A stretch of DNA of 64,000 nt from an uncultured Chryseobacterium sp. (GCA_965651845.1 CBFGVN010000001.1:7323-71322); one strand, 5' to 3'; numbered from the stretch's first letter, positions 46,590 through 56,835 are shown. Translations and numbers: made by a program. The notes: a model not told the origin generated them from the letters alone.

Positions 46590-46871
46590 TTATTTGTTTT
46601 CTTTATACCGTTTGTCCGGCGTTCCGTCCTTTTTCAGCTTTTGATTGGCCTTGTATCTTTTATCCGGTGTTCCGTCTTTTTTCATTTTGGTGGCCGTGGG
46701 TGCAGTTGCAGGTTTTGCGGTGGTCGCTGTAGCAGCGGGCTTCGCAGGTTTTGCTGCTTTTACTGTTTTAGCAGTCGGATGAGGTGCTGCTGTTGTAGCC
46801 GGAGCTGTTTGCTGAGCTGTTGCAAGTCCTAGTCCTAATACTATAGACAATGCAGATAATAATTTTTTCAT
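46590..46871 (-). CDS. Small secreted basic protein with two KKDGTPDKRYK repeats
   Basis: Signal MKKLLSALSIVLGLGLATA; Ala/Lys/Pro/Thr linker; duplicated motif. Confidence 0.75.
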   Translation of the reverse strand: MKKLLSALSIVLGLGLATAQQTAPATTAAPHPTAKTVKAAKPAKPAATATTAKPATAPTATKMKKDGTPDKRYKANQKLKKDGTPDKRYKENK

Positions 46872-47145
46872 AAGAACTATGTTGTTTTGTTGATTCAAAG
46901 TTATACAAAAACCAAGCTGAAAAAATTGGTTTTTTGAAACTTAACTAAAGTTTATTACAGATTAAAAAAAGATTAAATGAGTTTTATGTAACAATAAATC
47001 TGATGAATTATTTTAATGAATAACTTGACAAAAAGAGAAATCTATTGTTTGAATTAAAAAGCCTTGATATGCTGATCTTGCTCAACAAAAAACCTGCTTT
47101 CCCTAAATAGAAAAAGCAGGTCCTAACATATGTATGAAAAGTTGG

Positions 47146-47538
47146 TTAACGCGTACAGTTGGCTGTCCATGTTCTACCATCCTTTAAGTATAAAATTTTC
47201 AATTCATCATTATCAATTCTTATGTAAGAAGTGGCTGTAGAACCTACCATTACCAAAGTATGATCTCCTTCCTGATTAAACTCAATTCCGTTCAGGTCGG
47301 GAATTCCGTTGGAGAATGCAAAATTATACTTTGTACCACTCGCTATTTTCGTTACAAATACACTACCGTTGTCTGTACTGATATCATTGTCTGCATCATT
47401 GTAGGAAATATTTCCCCTGTAAGTTCCCGCGAAAAAATCGTTGTTGGCAGGGTCATCATCATCGCTACAAGATGCAAATGACGTGACGGCAAAAAATACC
47501 AGTAGGAACAATCCTAAAATTCTAATTGCTTTTTTCAT
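47146..47538 (-). CDS. Hypothetical surface lipoprotein
   Basis: Lipobox FASC followed by acidic SDDDD export-signal-like segment; all-beta body. Confidence 0.75.
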   Translation of the reverse strand: MKKAIRILGLFLLVFFAVTSFASCSDDDDPANNDFFAGTYRGNISYNDADNDISTDNGSVFVTKIASGTKYNFAFSNGIPDLNGIEFNQEGDHTLVMVGSTATSYIRIDNDELKILYLKDGRTWTANCTR

Positions 47539-47794
47539 AATATTATTTCTTTAAAGGTTTGGCTAAGGTAAATTTTACAAATGCGATGCCACTTAACGAT
47601 ATCAGAATTCTTTTAACTATTAATTAGAATTTTTAGCAAAATATTAATATTTAAAATGATTTCAATGAATAATTTTAAACTTTAAGTAATCTGTAATTAT
47701 CGGTGAAAAGAAAAAAATATCCGTACCTTTGTGGAAATCAAACGGTTTCGGAAAACTCCCGGAATCGCTTTTGTCGTTTATATTTTTACTATTT

Positions 47795-50700
47795 ATGCAG
47801 TTAAAAACCATCAACGAAAAGTTCCTTCCCGATTTGCTTCAAAAAGAATTTGGAAAAGAAATTTTTACTCAATTAGATACGCATCAACATATTTCTGTAA
47901 AAGGAAGTGCAGGATCTGCAGTTTCTATTTTTGCGGCCGAGCTTTTTCTTACGCAGAAAAAGACCATTCTTTATCTGGTAGATGATAAGGAAGATGCGTT
48001 GTATGCCAATACGGAAATGGAAGACTTGTTGGGGAAAGATAAAGTTCTGTATTTTCCGGCAACCCATCTTGAGCCGTATCAGGTGGAGAAAACACAAAAT
48101 GCCAATCTGGTTCTGAGAACAGAGGTTATTCATAAAATTACATCCGGAAAATCTCCGAAAGTCATTGTTGCATATGCCGGAGCCCTGTCTGAAAAGGTTT
48201 TGAAGAAAGAAGATTTTAAAGCCATTTCACATCATATTAAAGTAGGCGATCAGCTTGATTTTGATTTCGTAGATGAATTATTAAACCATTATAATTTTCA
48301 GCAGGCGGATTTTGTTTCCGAACCGGGAGAATTTTCCGTGAGAGGAGGAATTGTAGATGTCTTTTCTTTTTCCAATGAGAAACCTTACCGGATCACATTT
48401 TTCGGAAATGAAGTGGAAAGCATTAAAACTTTTGATATCGAAACACAGCTTTCTATCGATAAAATAAAAGAATTTCAATTGGTTTCCAATATGAATTTTT
48501 CTGTTTCCGGAAGCAGGGTTTCTCTACTTCAGTTATTGCCGAAAGAAAGTTTTGTGATTTCTAAAAATGCAATCGTTGGAATGCAGAAACTGAAAACATT
48601 CTACGAAAAGGCGTTGGAAAAATATGAAACATTAAGCAAAGATATTGCTCACAGATCGCCACAGGAATTATTCATTTCCGATCAGGAATTTTTATTTGAT
48701 TATAAAAAGTTTAAAACTGTCGATTTCGGAAGTGTTGCCATTGATGGAGTGATCGAATTGGCTGAAATTAAGATCGACCAGACCTCACAGCCGTCTTTCC
48801 ATAAAAATTTTGAATTGCTGATTGAAGATCTCGAAGGAAGACAAAATGAAGGTTTCGATACATGGATTTCTTTTTCAACAGAAAAACAAAAAGAAAGATT
48901 AGAATCTATTTTCGAAGAACTGGAACATGAGCTTCCTTTTAAAAATTTTAAATCCGAACTCCACGAAGGCTTTGTAGACAACGATCACAAGATTTTGGTA
49001 TACACGGATCACCAGATTTTCGACCGTTATCAAAGATATAAGGCTAAAAATACATTTGCAAAATCTGAACAGTTGACATTGAAGGATTTAATGTCATTAA
49101 AAGTAGGAGATTATATTGCCCACATCGACCACGGAATCGGAAAATTCATGGGGCTGGTGAAAGTGAATAACGACGGCAAAATCCAGGAATGTTTCAAACT
49201 GACCTATAAAAATGGTGATTTATTATATGTAAGTATCCACTCGCTCCACAAAATTTCAAAATACAACGGTCCTGAAGGAAGGGAAATTGTTTTGAGCAAA
49301 CTAGGCTCCCCATCCTGGAAATCGTTAAAACAGAAAACGAAAGCAAAAGTAAAACAGATAGCTTTTGACTTAATACAATTATACGCACAAAGAAAAACAG
49401 CGAAAGGATTTGCCTACACTCCTGATTCTTATTTACAAAATGAATTGGAGGCAAGTTTCCTTTACGAAGATACTCCTGATCAGGAAAAAGCAACCATTGA
49501 TGTAAAAAAAGATATGGAAGCTGATACTGTGATGGATCGATTGGTCTGCGGTGATGTTGGGTTCGGAAAAACAGAAGTGGCAATCCGTGCGGCGTTCAAA
49601 GCGGCGACCGACGGGAAACAGGTTGCAGTTTTGGTTCCGACTACTATTCTTGCCTTTCAGCATTACAGAAGTTTTAAAGAAAGATTAAAGGATTTTCCGG
49701 TAAATGTCGCCTATGTCAATCGTTTCAGGACGGCAAAGCAAAAAAATGAAACATTGGAAGGCCTTAAAAACGGGAAAGTTGATATCATCATTGGAACGCA
49801 TCAGTTGGCAAGCAGTTCTGTTAAATTTAAAGATTTAGGATTATTAATTATTGATGAAGAGCACAAATTCGGAGTTTCGGTAAAAGATAAATTAAAAACT
49901 TTAAAAAGTAATGTTGATACACTGACATTAACAGCAACACCGATCCCGAGAACCTTACAGTTTTCCCTGATGGCGGCAAGAGATTTGTCGGTGATCAAGA
50001 CGCCGCCGCCAAACAGACAGCCTGTTGATACACAATTAATCGGTTTTAATGAAGAAACGATCCGGGATGCTGTTTCTTATGAGATTCAACGTGACGGGCA
50101 GGTATATTTTATCAACAACAGGATTGAAAATCTTAAAGATATTGCAGGATTAATTCAAAGATTGGTTCCTGACGCAAGGGTAATTATCGGGCACGGGCAA
50201 ATGGAAGGGAAGCAGCTTGAAAAAAATGTCCTGGATTTCATGGAAGGAAAATACGACGTTCTGGTTTCCACAACGATCGTAGAAAGTGGAGTGGATGTTC
50301 CGAATGCAAATACCATCTTTATTAATGATGCCCACAGATTCGGGATGGCAGACCTTCACCAGATGAGGGGAAGGGTAGGACGTAGTAACAGAAAAGCTTT
50401 TTGTTACCTGATCACGCCGCCTTATGACATGATGACTTCCGATGCGAGAAAACGACTGGAAGCAATCGAGCAGTTTTCGGATTTGGGAAGTGGTTTTCAG
50501 ATTGCAATGAAAGATTTGGAAATCCGTGGTGCGGGCGATCTTCTGGGAGCTGAACAAAGTGGATTTATTAATGAAATGGGCTTTGAAACCTATCAGAAAT
50601 TAATGCAGGAAGCCTTGGAAGAATTAAAAGATGATCAGGCTTTTGAAAATTTATTCGAAAATGAAGAGGAGAGGAATAAATTATTTAAAACAACCAAAGA

Positions 50701-51166
50701 TGTGAATATTGATACGGATCTGGGGCTGATGCTTCCGGATTGGTACATCTCAAATACAGAGGAAAGATTGTTGCTTTACCAGAAGATTGCTGAGATCGAT
50801 AATGAGAAAGATCTGGAAAAATTTGAATCAGAATTAATAGATCGCTTTGGAGATTTACCGAAAGAAGCTATTAATTTATTAAAAAGTGTAAGCTTAAAAT
50901 GGCTTGCTGCGGACATCGGATTCGAAAAAATTGTAATGAAAAACGGGGTGTTTTTAGGGTACTTCCCAAGTAATCCTCAGGATAAATTTTATCAGACCAA
51001 TAAGTTCAGAACTATTATTAATTATTTAACGAAAAACCCTGCAGAGGCTCAACTGAAGGAGAAAATCGGCAAAGACGGAAATCAGCTTATGATGAGAAAA
51101 GATAAGGTGATCAATGTAGATGAGGTGAATTTTCTTTTAAAATCAATTTTGCAAAGCGAAGTGTAA
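47795..51166 (+). CDS. mfd: Transcription-repair coupling factor
   Basis: PGEFSVRGGIVD, HIDHGIG (CarD-like RID), CGDVGFGKTEVA, IDEEH, TATPIPRT, QMRGRVGRS, DLEIRGAG. Start set at MQLKTIN. Confidence 0.97.
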   Translation: MQLKTINEKFLPDLLQKEFGKEIFTQLDTHQHISVKGSAGSAVSIFAAELFLTQKKTILYLVDDKEDALYANTEMEDLLGKDKVLYFPATHLEPYQVEKTQNANLVLRTEVIHKITSGKSPKVIVAYAGALSEKVLKKEDFKAISHHIKVGDQLDFDFVDELLNHYNFQQADFVSEPGEFSVRGGIVDVFSFSNEKPYRITFFGNEVESIKTFDIETQLSIDKIKEFQLVSNMNFSVSGSRVSLLQLLPKESFVISKNAIVGMQKLKTFYEKALEKYETLSKDIAHRSPQELFISDQEFLFDYKKFKTVDFGSVAIDGVIELAEIKIDQTSQPSFHKNFELLIEDLEGRQNEGFDTWISFSTEKQKERLESIFEELEHELPFKNFKSELHEGFVDNDHKILVYTDHQIFDRYQRYKAKNTFAKSEQLTLKDLMSLKVGDYIAHIDHGIGKFMGLVKVNNDGKIQECFKLTYKNGDLLYVSIHSLHKISKYNGPEGREIVLSKLGSPSWKSLKQKTKAKVKQIAFDLIQLYAQRKTAKGFAYTPDSYLQNELEASFLYEDTPDQEKATIDVKKDMEADTVMDRLVCGDVGFGKTEVAIRAAFKAATDGKQVAVLVPTTILAFQHYRSFKERLKDFPVNVAYVNRFRTAKQKNETLEGLKNGKVDIIIGTHQLASSSVKFKDLGLLIIDEEHKFGVSVKDKLKTLKSNVDTLTLTATPIPRTLQFSLMAARDLSVIKTPPPNRQPVDTQLIGFNEETIRDAVSYEIQRDGQVYFINNRIENLKDIAGLIQRLVPDARVIIGHGQMEGKQLEKNVLDFMEGKYDVLVSTTIVESGVDVPNANTIFINDAHRFGMADLHQMRGRVGRSNRKAFCYLITPPYDMMTSDARKRLEAIEQFSDLGSGFQIAMKDLEIRGAGDLLGAEQSGFINEMGFETYQKLMQEALEELKDDQAFENLFENEEERNKLFKTTKDVNIDTDLGLMLPDWYISNTEERLLLYQKIAEIDNEKDLEKFESELIDRFGDLPKEAINLLKSVSLKWLAADIGFEKIVMKNGVFLGYFPSNPQDKFYQTNKFRTIINYLTKNPAEAQLKEKIGKDGNQLMMRKDKVINVDEVNFLLKSILQSEV

Positions 51167-51191
51167 CTCAAATTGTAAAGGAAAAATAAAA

Positions 51192-51233
51192 TGTTGCCGT
51201 ATTGATGTATTTCCAATACGGCAATGTTGTTTT
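51192..51233 (+). terminator. Terminator after mfd
   Basis: ttgccgtattg...caatacggcaa stem followed by tgttgtttt. Confidence 0.65.
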
Positions 51234-51768
51234 ATATTGTAGCATAGATTTTTGGGAAACAAATACGGATAAAATTTCCTAAATTTTTAGTTTAAATTAA
51301 TAATTAATCAAGAATTACTGTTTGTAGAAAAAAATCTACAAAGAAAATTATTAAAAAAAAATTAAGATTTCAGATTGGAATACAGCCTTTTTTACTCGAA
51401 AAAATTGTATTAAAAAAATAAAATTTTCGGAAGGATTTAGAAGCTTAATTCTAATAATTTGTCACACAAAATTGATTAATCATATTGCATTATTTTTATT
51501 TAAAATCTCCATAAATTACTTTTAAAAGGTGAATTATTTAAACATAAAAATCACTTTTTAATGATTAAATATAAAACAATAAGTTTCTTTTAAGTGAATT
51601 ATTTGTTAAATTTTGTGTTGAAAAACAGCAAAACCTAACACTTGTTCGTAGTAATAATTCTAATTTTTGCAAAGTTGAAATATGTTGTAATTGGTTAGTT
51701 TAGATGGGTTTAGGAATTGTAACTCTACTTTTTATGGGTTTTTTTAATTACATTTGCAGTCCCTTATT

Positions 51769-52590
51769 ATGAAAAAAACTGTGTATTGCTGTGTAGCTGG
51801 ATTGTTATCGATCCAGGCCTATGCGCAGGTGGGAGTTGGTACGAGTACCCCCAATTCTGTTCTCGATGTAAACGGGAAAACCACCTTAAGAAAAGAACTT
51901 AGAGTAGGCGGTACTTCTGCCCAGGCTGGAAATCCCGGGCTCAATGGCCAAGTATTGGTTTCCCAAGGAGAAGGTTTACCTCCTGTTTGGAAATCTCTGA
52001 ATGTTACCTTCATGGAAGAAGGTCAGTACAAATTAGTCAATTCGTACTTATCAACGGATCAAACGGGTATTACCACCCTTTCTAATGGTATCTTAGGCGA
52101 TAGTGTTTACAAAAACAGCGTCGGTGATGATGTCACAGATACCAGCAAAGGAAAATGGGTAAAAATAGCCGGTCTTGAAAACAATTTCACAATCAAAGAC
52201 AACAGAAACAGACTTACTTATCAGTTCCAGACGGGAGTTGAGATGAAGTCTTCTTCTTCTACTACATCACAGAACATTAGTTTCACTTGTGGTGTTTTCA
52301 GAAACGGAAAACTCGTAGCAGTACGTCCGGACAAAATTTCTTCAACAAATAATTCTGAAAAAGCTGGAATCCAGGATTATATTTTTACCTTGAATTATAC
52401 GGAACAAAACGTTCCGATCGGCGCCCACAAAGTGGAGGTTGCTTGTAGGAAAATCAATGCATCGAGCAGCAATGCTCAATTTGCTATTGGACGAAATGTA
52501 TCGAATACCAACAATGTTTCGAATGCATTTACCTTAGAATCTATGATGAAAATAGATCTCTTGGAATATGTAACCTACCAAATCAACTAA
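51769..52590 (+). CDS. Secreted fibre-like hypothetical protein P1
   Basis: Signal ending AYA-Q; QVGVGTSTPNSVLDVNG and GQVLVSQGEGLPPVW motifs; C-terminal beta domain with two Cys; -7 element TACATTTG at 51749-51756. Confidence 0.75.
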   Translation: MKKTVYCCVAGLLSIQAYAQVGVGTSTPNSVLDVNGKTTLRKELRVGGTSAQAGNPGLNGQVLVSQGEGLPPVWKSLNVTFMEEGQYKLVNSYLSTDQTGITTLSNGILGDSVYKNSVGDDVTDTSKGKWVKIAGLENNFTIKDNRNRLTYQFQTGVEMKSSSSTTSQNISFTCGVFRNGKLVAVRPDKISSTNNSEKAGIQDYIFTLNYTEQNVPIGAHKVEVACRKINASSSNAQFAIGRNVSNTNNVSNAFTLESMMKIDLLEYVTYQIN

Positions 52591-52604
52591 ACCTAAAATA
52601 ATTC

Positions 52605-53420
52605 ATGAAAAATATATTTTCTATCCTATTCATCGCAATAGGGTTATTACTCTCTGCCCAAATCGGAATCAAAACAGAATCTCCAAAATCGACGCTAGAC
52701 GTTAATGGAGACACGAATTTAAGAGGAAAACTTGCTGTTTTAGATGTAGCGGAAAACAAACTTTCGGAAGGAACCGACACTCAGGTTTTGGTTTCTCAGG
52801 GAGAAGGATATCCGCCGATCTGGAAGACATTAAGAATTCCGGAATATGAGCCGAATAAGTTTTATTTAATTTTTAATAATTCTTTTTCGGATGAGACAGG
52901 CGTTTCATTCACAAGTTCGGATGAATCTACAATTACTTCAAGATCTACGACATTTACAAAGAATAATACGTATACAAACTTTGCGAAGTTTAAAAAAATC
53001 CCGGGTCTTACCCAAACGATCAATGTGTACAGTACGATAAGCAAAGCCTATTTTCAGTTTGAAACGGTGGTTCAGGCAACTTTCTCCTCAGTAGGAAGTA
53101 CAGATAGCTCCATTGATTATGCCTGCGGAATATTTGTGGATGATAGATTAATAAACCTGAGACAGGGAAATCTAAAGGCAAGCAGTGCCAATAATCCCTT
53201 CCTTACGCACAACCAGATTGGTCTTGTAGAAAATCTTTCGAAAGGATCGCATACGGTAACGGTATCTTGCTCCAGGCTGGATTCTTATAACGTTGCCAAC
53301 GGAACGGTTCTGGGAATCGGAAAAGCAGTGGCTTCCAATATTGATTCTTTTATTTCTCAATCTTCTCTGAAAGTGGATGTTTATGAAGTTCCACAGGTAT
53401 TCAATACAATTACAAATTAA
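52605..53420 (+). CDS. Secreted fibre-like hypothetical protein P2 (paralogue)
   Basis: QIGIKTESPKSTLDVNG, QVLVSQGEGYPPIW, YACGIF, VSCSR, LGIGKAV. Confidence 0.75.
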   Translation: MKNIFSILFIAIGLLLSAQIGIKTESPKSTLDVNGDTNLRGKLAVLDVAENKLSEGTDTQVLVSQGEGYPPIWKTLRIPEYEPNKFYLIFNNSFSDETGVSFTSSDESTITSRSTTFTKNNTYTNFAKFKKIPGLTQTINVYSTISKAYFQFETVVQATFSSVGSTDSSIDYACGIFVDDRLINLRQGNLKASSANNPFLTHNQIGLVENLSKGSHTVTVSCSRLDSYNVANGTVLGIGKAVASNIDSFISQSSLKVDVYEVPQVFNTITN

Positions 53421-53425
53421 TACAA

Positions 53426-54169
53426 ATGAAAAAATTATTACTGATAACAAATTTATTGATCACATTTTTATACAATGCTCAAGTAGGAGTCAATACAACA
53501 ACTCCGGTGAATATGCTTGACATCAATGGTGATCTTAATGCAGGAAAAGAATTAAGAACAGGAGGAACAAATACCGTAAAAGGATCTGCTGGTGCTGCAG
53601 GAACTATTTTCCACAATAATTCGAGCTTAACGGTCAATGACTGGAAAAGCATAAAAGTAGCCAACGGATTGACAAGTATGTCGCTATATCAGATGAGTAC
53701 ACTGGAAGATAAAACAGGTGTTTCATTTTCCGGAAATGACGGCTCAACTTTACCATATGATGAAGGAGCAACAATAACAAGCTCATGGAGTGTCTTATCT
53801 GGAACTCAGGGAACTTTCTCGATCACCAATGCTACAAACAAAGTAACATTCAATTTTCAGACAACAGCGCAGAAAACTGGAAACGGAAATGCTTCTACAA
53901 GTTTTGCGTGCGGAATTTTTGTTGATAATAAATTAAGAGCCGTAAGAACAGACGTTATTATAGGCGGTGACGGGACGAATAAAATTTTCAACCTGAATGC
54001 TACTCTTGCCAATCTTACTCCAAAAAACAATTATACTGTAAAAGCTGCGTGTACGAAAAGAAACATCAATTCGAACACCTTAGGAATAGGAAAAGCCGTA
54101 AATAGTACTTATTTGAATTCGGATATGTCCGAATCCGTACTTACACTTTCGGTTTTGCAGCCCTACTAA
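53426..54169 (+). CDS. Secreted fibre-like hypothetical protein P3 (paralogue)
   Basis: QVGVNTTTPVNMLDING, FACGIF, AACTK, LGIGKAV. Confidence 0.75.
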   Translation: MKKLLLITNLLITFLYNAQVGVNTTTPVNMLDINGDLNAGKELRTGGTNTVKGSAGAAGTIFHNNSSLTVNDWKSIKVANGLTSMSLYQMSTLEDKTGVSFSGNDGSTLPYDEGATITSSWSVLSGTQGTFSITNATNKVTFNFQTTAQKTGNGNASTSFACGIFVDNKLRAVRTDVIIGGDGTNKIFNLNATLANLTPKNNYTVKAACTKRNINSNTLGIGKAVNSTYLNSDMSESVLTLSVLQPY

Positions 54170-54298
54170 TTTTTTCATAAATAAATGATAATTATAAGAT
54201 CTAAACACGTAAGTTTTTAGATTTTTTTTATTAATTATGATTCTTAATTGGAGTTTTTCAACGAAAATCAATTATATTTGACGGGAAAATTATAATAT

Positions 54299-55153
54299 AT
54301 GACAAAAAAATACTTTCTTTCAACTTTTGCGGCTTTGGCACTGGGCTTTGTGGTGTCTTGCGACAATACAACCGATGATCCGCCCAATCAAAATAACAAT
54401 AATCCCGGAGGATCTACCATCACCGGCCCGAGAATTTTAAGCAAAGTAAACAACGGAACAAAAGATACCGAAGAATATGTTACAACGATAGGCGGCATGC
54501 TTTCTGATGCTTATATCAGAGATGCGGGATCTACCAATACCGTTACAGCGAGCGTAACTTATACCGGAGACAAGATTACAAAAATCAAATATCAGGATAA
54601 TGTAAATCCGCATGTGGTCGACAACCTGTATACGATATCTTATACCAACGGAAAAATGTCTGCCATTTCTATGGATCAGACAGCGATGTCTACCACAAAT
54701 CATAGTGATTTTACTGTTTTTTATGATGCCGGAGGACAATTGTACAGAATCGTTGAGAAGAAAAAAATGGGAGGAAGCACTTCGTACACGCATTATGTGG
54801 AACACAAATTTACTTTCTCTTCAAGCAATGTAGCGAAAGTAGATTATACTACAATGCTGATGAGCGGAGGAAATCCTGATACTTCTACAGCTTCTACGAT
54901 TACGTATTCGTATGATAATTATGACAGCAAGATCAACCCTTATACGACGTTGCCAAAAGAATACTTTATGGTAACAGGTACCTTATTCCCGATCAATTTT
55001 TATATGCTTTCTTCTAATAATACAGGGAAGATAACGATACAAAATCCGTCGGGGCCACCAATATCTGTGCCTAAAGGTTATCTGTATGATTCTCAAAATT
55101 ATCCGGTTTCTGACCAGAGCCAGACAATTAAATACATATACAAGCCGTTATAA
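54299..55153 (+). CDS. Surface lipoprotein L1, YD-like beta-meander (DUF4595-like, tentative)
   Basis: Lipobox VVSC plus acidic DNTTDD; YTGDKITKI, YDSKINPY; ends YIYKPL. Confidence 0.7.
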   Translation: MTKKYFLSTFAALALGFVVSCDNTTDDPPNQNNNNPGGSTITGPRILSKVNNGTKDTEEYVTTIGGMLSDAYIRDAGSTNTVTASVTYTGDKITKIKYQDNVNPHVVDNLYTISYTNGKMSAISMDQTAMSTTNHSDFTVFYDAGGQLYRIVEKKKMGGSTSYTHYVEHKFTFSSSNVAKVDYTTMLMSGGNPDTSTASTITYSYDNYDSKINPYTTLPKEYFMVTGTLFPINFYMLSSNNTGKITIQNPSGPPISVPKGYLYDSQNYPVSDQSQTIKYIYKPL

Positions 55154-55256
55154 GTAAAGACTATTTTTTAATAGTTTTAATGGAATATTAATAATTAGAT
55201 AATTTTTATTCAAAAAAAAATTATATTTGTGAAAAATTAAATAATACCCCTTTGGA

Positions 55257-56183
55257 ATGAAACGACTTTTTTATTTTGTTTTATTATTAGTTGGTGTTTC
55301 TACGATCCACTCTTGTAAAGATTTATTAGATGAAGACGGAAATCCATTGCTAGATGTCAATAACAACACAGGACTGAATGGTCCCAGAGCTTTATACAGA
55401 GAAATCACAGATTCAGATACATTAGCTACGTATTATTACAACGGACTGCAGTTATCAAAAGTGATTACAGACAGTGCTTCTGTAACAGATATTGCATGGA
55501 GTGGAGATAAAGTGAGCAAAATCGACTTCAAAGGTTTTCTTGATCTTGATGGCGACGGAGACCTGGATAAAGACAGTATCGTCTTTACACAGCTATTCAC
55601 TTACGGAAATACGGGAAGACTGGAGTCTATTTCAGAGAACCGTTCATTCTATAAGAGGACTATTGCTCCACCGGCTCCGCCAAGCCCACAGACTCTTTAC
55701 AAAAAGACAAAAACTCTTTATAACTTAAAATATTCTGCTGCTACGGCAAAATTGGATTCAATCATTATGAGAAACGGACCTGATGCTTCAGGAACTCCAT
55801 TCGCATACACAGATTATTCTAAAACCAAGTATGAATATTTAGGAGATAATATTTCTAAAGTGACAAGACATTACGGCCCTATGAGTGGAGGTGTTTTCAG
55901 CCCGGCAATCACAAAGTTTGCGTATGACTACTCAAATTATGATGCCAAGCTTAGTCCATTTACATTGATACCGACTGCTTATAAGATTTCAAGACTTTTA
56001 TCTACAGAAATCAATGATATAGAAAGCTGGATCTTATCACCAAACAGCCCGAAAAGATTTTCAATTACAGATCTTACGCTGCCTATTCCGGTTCCTGTAG
56101 TATTCTCAACAGATTACAACTACGATCCGCAGACATACATGACAAAAGGATACGGCGTAAATTATATCTATAAACCATTGTAA
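55257..56183 (+). CDS. Surface lipoprotein L2, paralogue of L1
   Basis: Lipobox IHSC plus KDLLDED; WSGDKVSKI, YDAKLSPF; DLDGDGDLD insert; ends YIYKPL. Confidence 0.7.
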   Translation: MKRLFYFVLLLVGVSTIHSCKDLLDEDGNPLLDVNNNTGLNGPRALYREITDSDTLATYYYNGLQLSKVITDSASVTDIAWSGDKVSKIDFKGFLDLDGDGDLDKDSIVFTQLFTYGNTGRLESISENRSFYKRTIAPPAPPSPQTLYKKTKTLYNLKYSAATAKLDSIIMRNGPDASGTPFAYTDYSKTKYEYLGDNISKVTRHYGPMSGGVFSPAITKFAYDYSNYDAKLSPFTLIPTAYKISRLLSTEINDIESWILSPNSPKRFSITDLTLPIPVPVVFSTDYNYDPQTYMTKGYGVNYIYKPL

Positions 56184-56271
56184 GAAATCATTTTTAAACA
56201 ATATTTAAACTCAATCTTTCCGAAGGTTGAGTTTTTTATTTTTAATGCCTAATTTTGTAAAAATTTCTTTA

Positions 56272-56835
56272 ATGAAATACTTAATAGTAGGGCTGGGAAA
56301 CAAAGGCTCTGAATATGAAAATACACGACACAATATAGGCTTTAAAGTCGCTGAAAAAGTTGCAGAGACTCTCGAAGCTCCTTTCAATACCACCAATTTC
56401 GGGTGGATGGCAGACGGAAAATACAAAGGAAGAAGAGTGCTAATCCTGAAACCGGATACCTACATGAATCTTTCCGGAAATGCCGTGAGATACTGGATGC
56501 AAAAAGAAAATATCCCTCTGGAAAATGTTTTAATTGTGACAGATGATCTGGCACTGCCTTTTGGGACGTTAAGGATGAAAGGAAAAGGATCCGATGCGGG
56601 TCACAACGGGCTTAAAAATATCAACGAAGTTTTGCAGACCCAAAATTACGCACGCCTTCGTTTTGGAATTTCTGCAGATTTTTCCGAAGGGAGACAGGTT
56701 GACTATGTTTTAGGAACTTGGAATGAAGAGGAAACAGAAAAGCTGTCCGAAAGAATTGATACATTTTCTAAGGCCTGTCTTTCGTTTGTTTTTGCTGGAA
56801 TTAATAATACGATGTCTGCTTTTAACGGAAAATAG
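56272..56835 (+). CDS. pth: Peptidyl-tRNA hydrolase
   Basis: [37 protein letters not shown]. Confidence 0.96.
   Translation: MKYLIVGLGNKGSEYENTRHNIGFKVAEKVAETLEAPFNTTNFGWMADGKYKGRRVLILKPDTYMNLSGNAVRYWMQKENIPLENVLIVTDDLALPFGTLRMKGKGSDAGHNGLKNINEVLQTQNYARLRFGISADFSEGRQVDYVLGTWNEEETEKLSERIDTFSKACLSFVFAGINNTMSAFNGK

Noticed and set aside
51769-56183. Prophage tail remnant or RHS toxin locus
   Set aside because: All five proteins have Sec or lipoprotein signals; no phage structural genes, integrase, RHS core or toxin/immunity pair is present.
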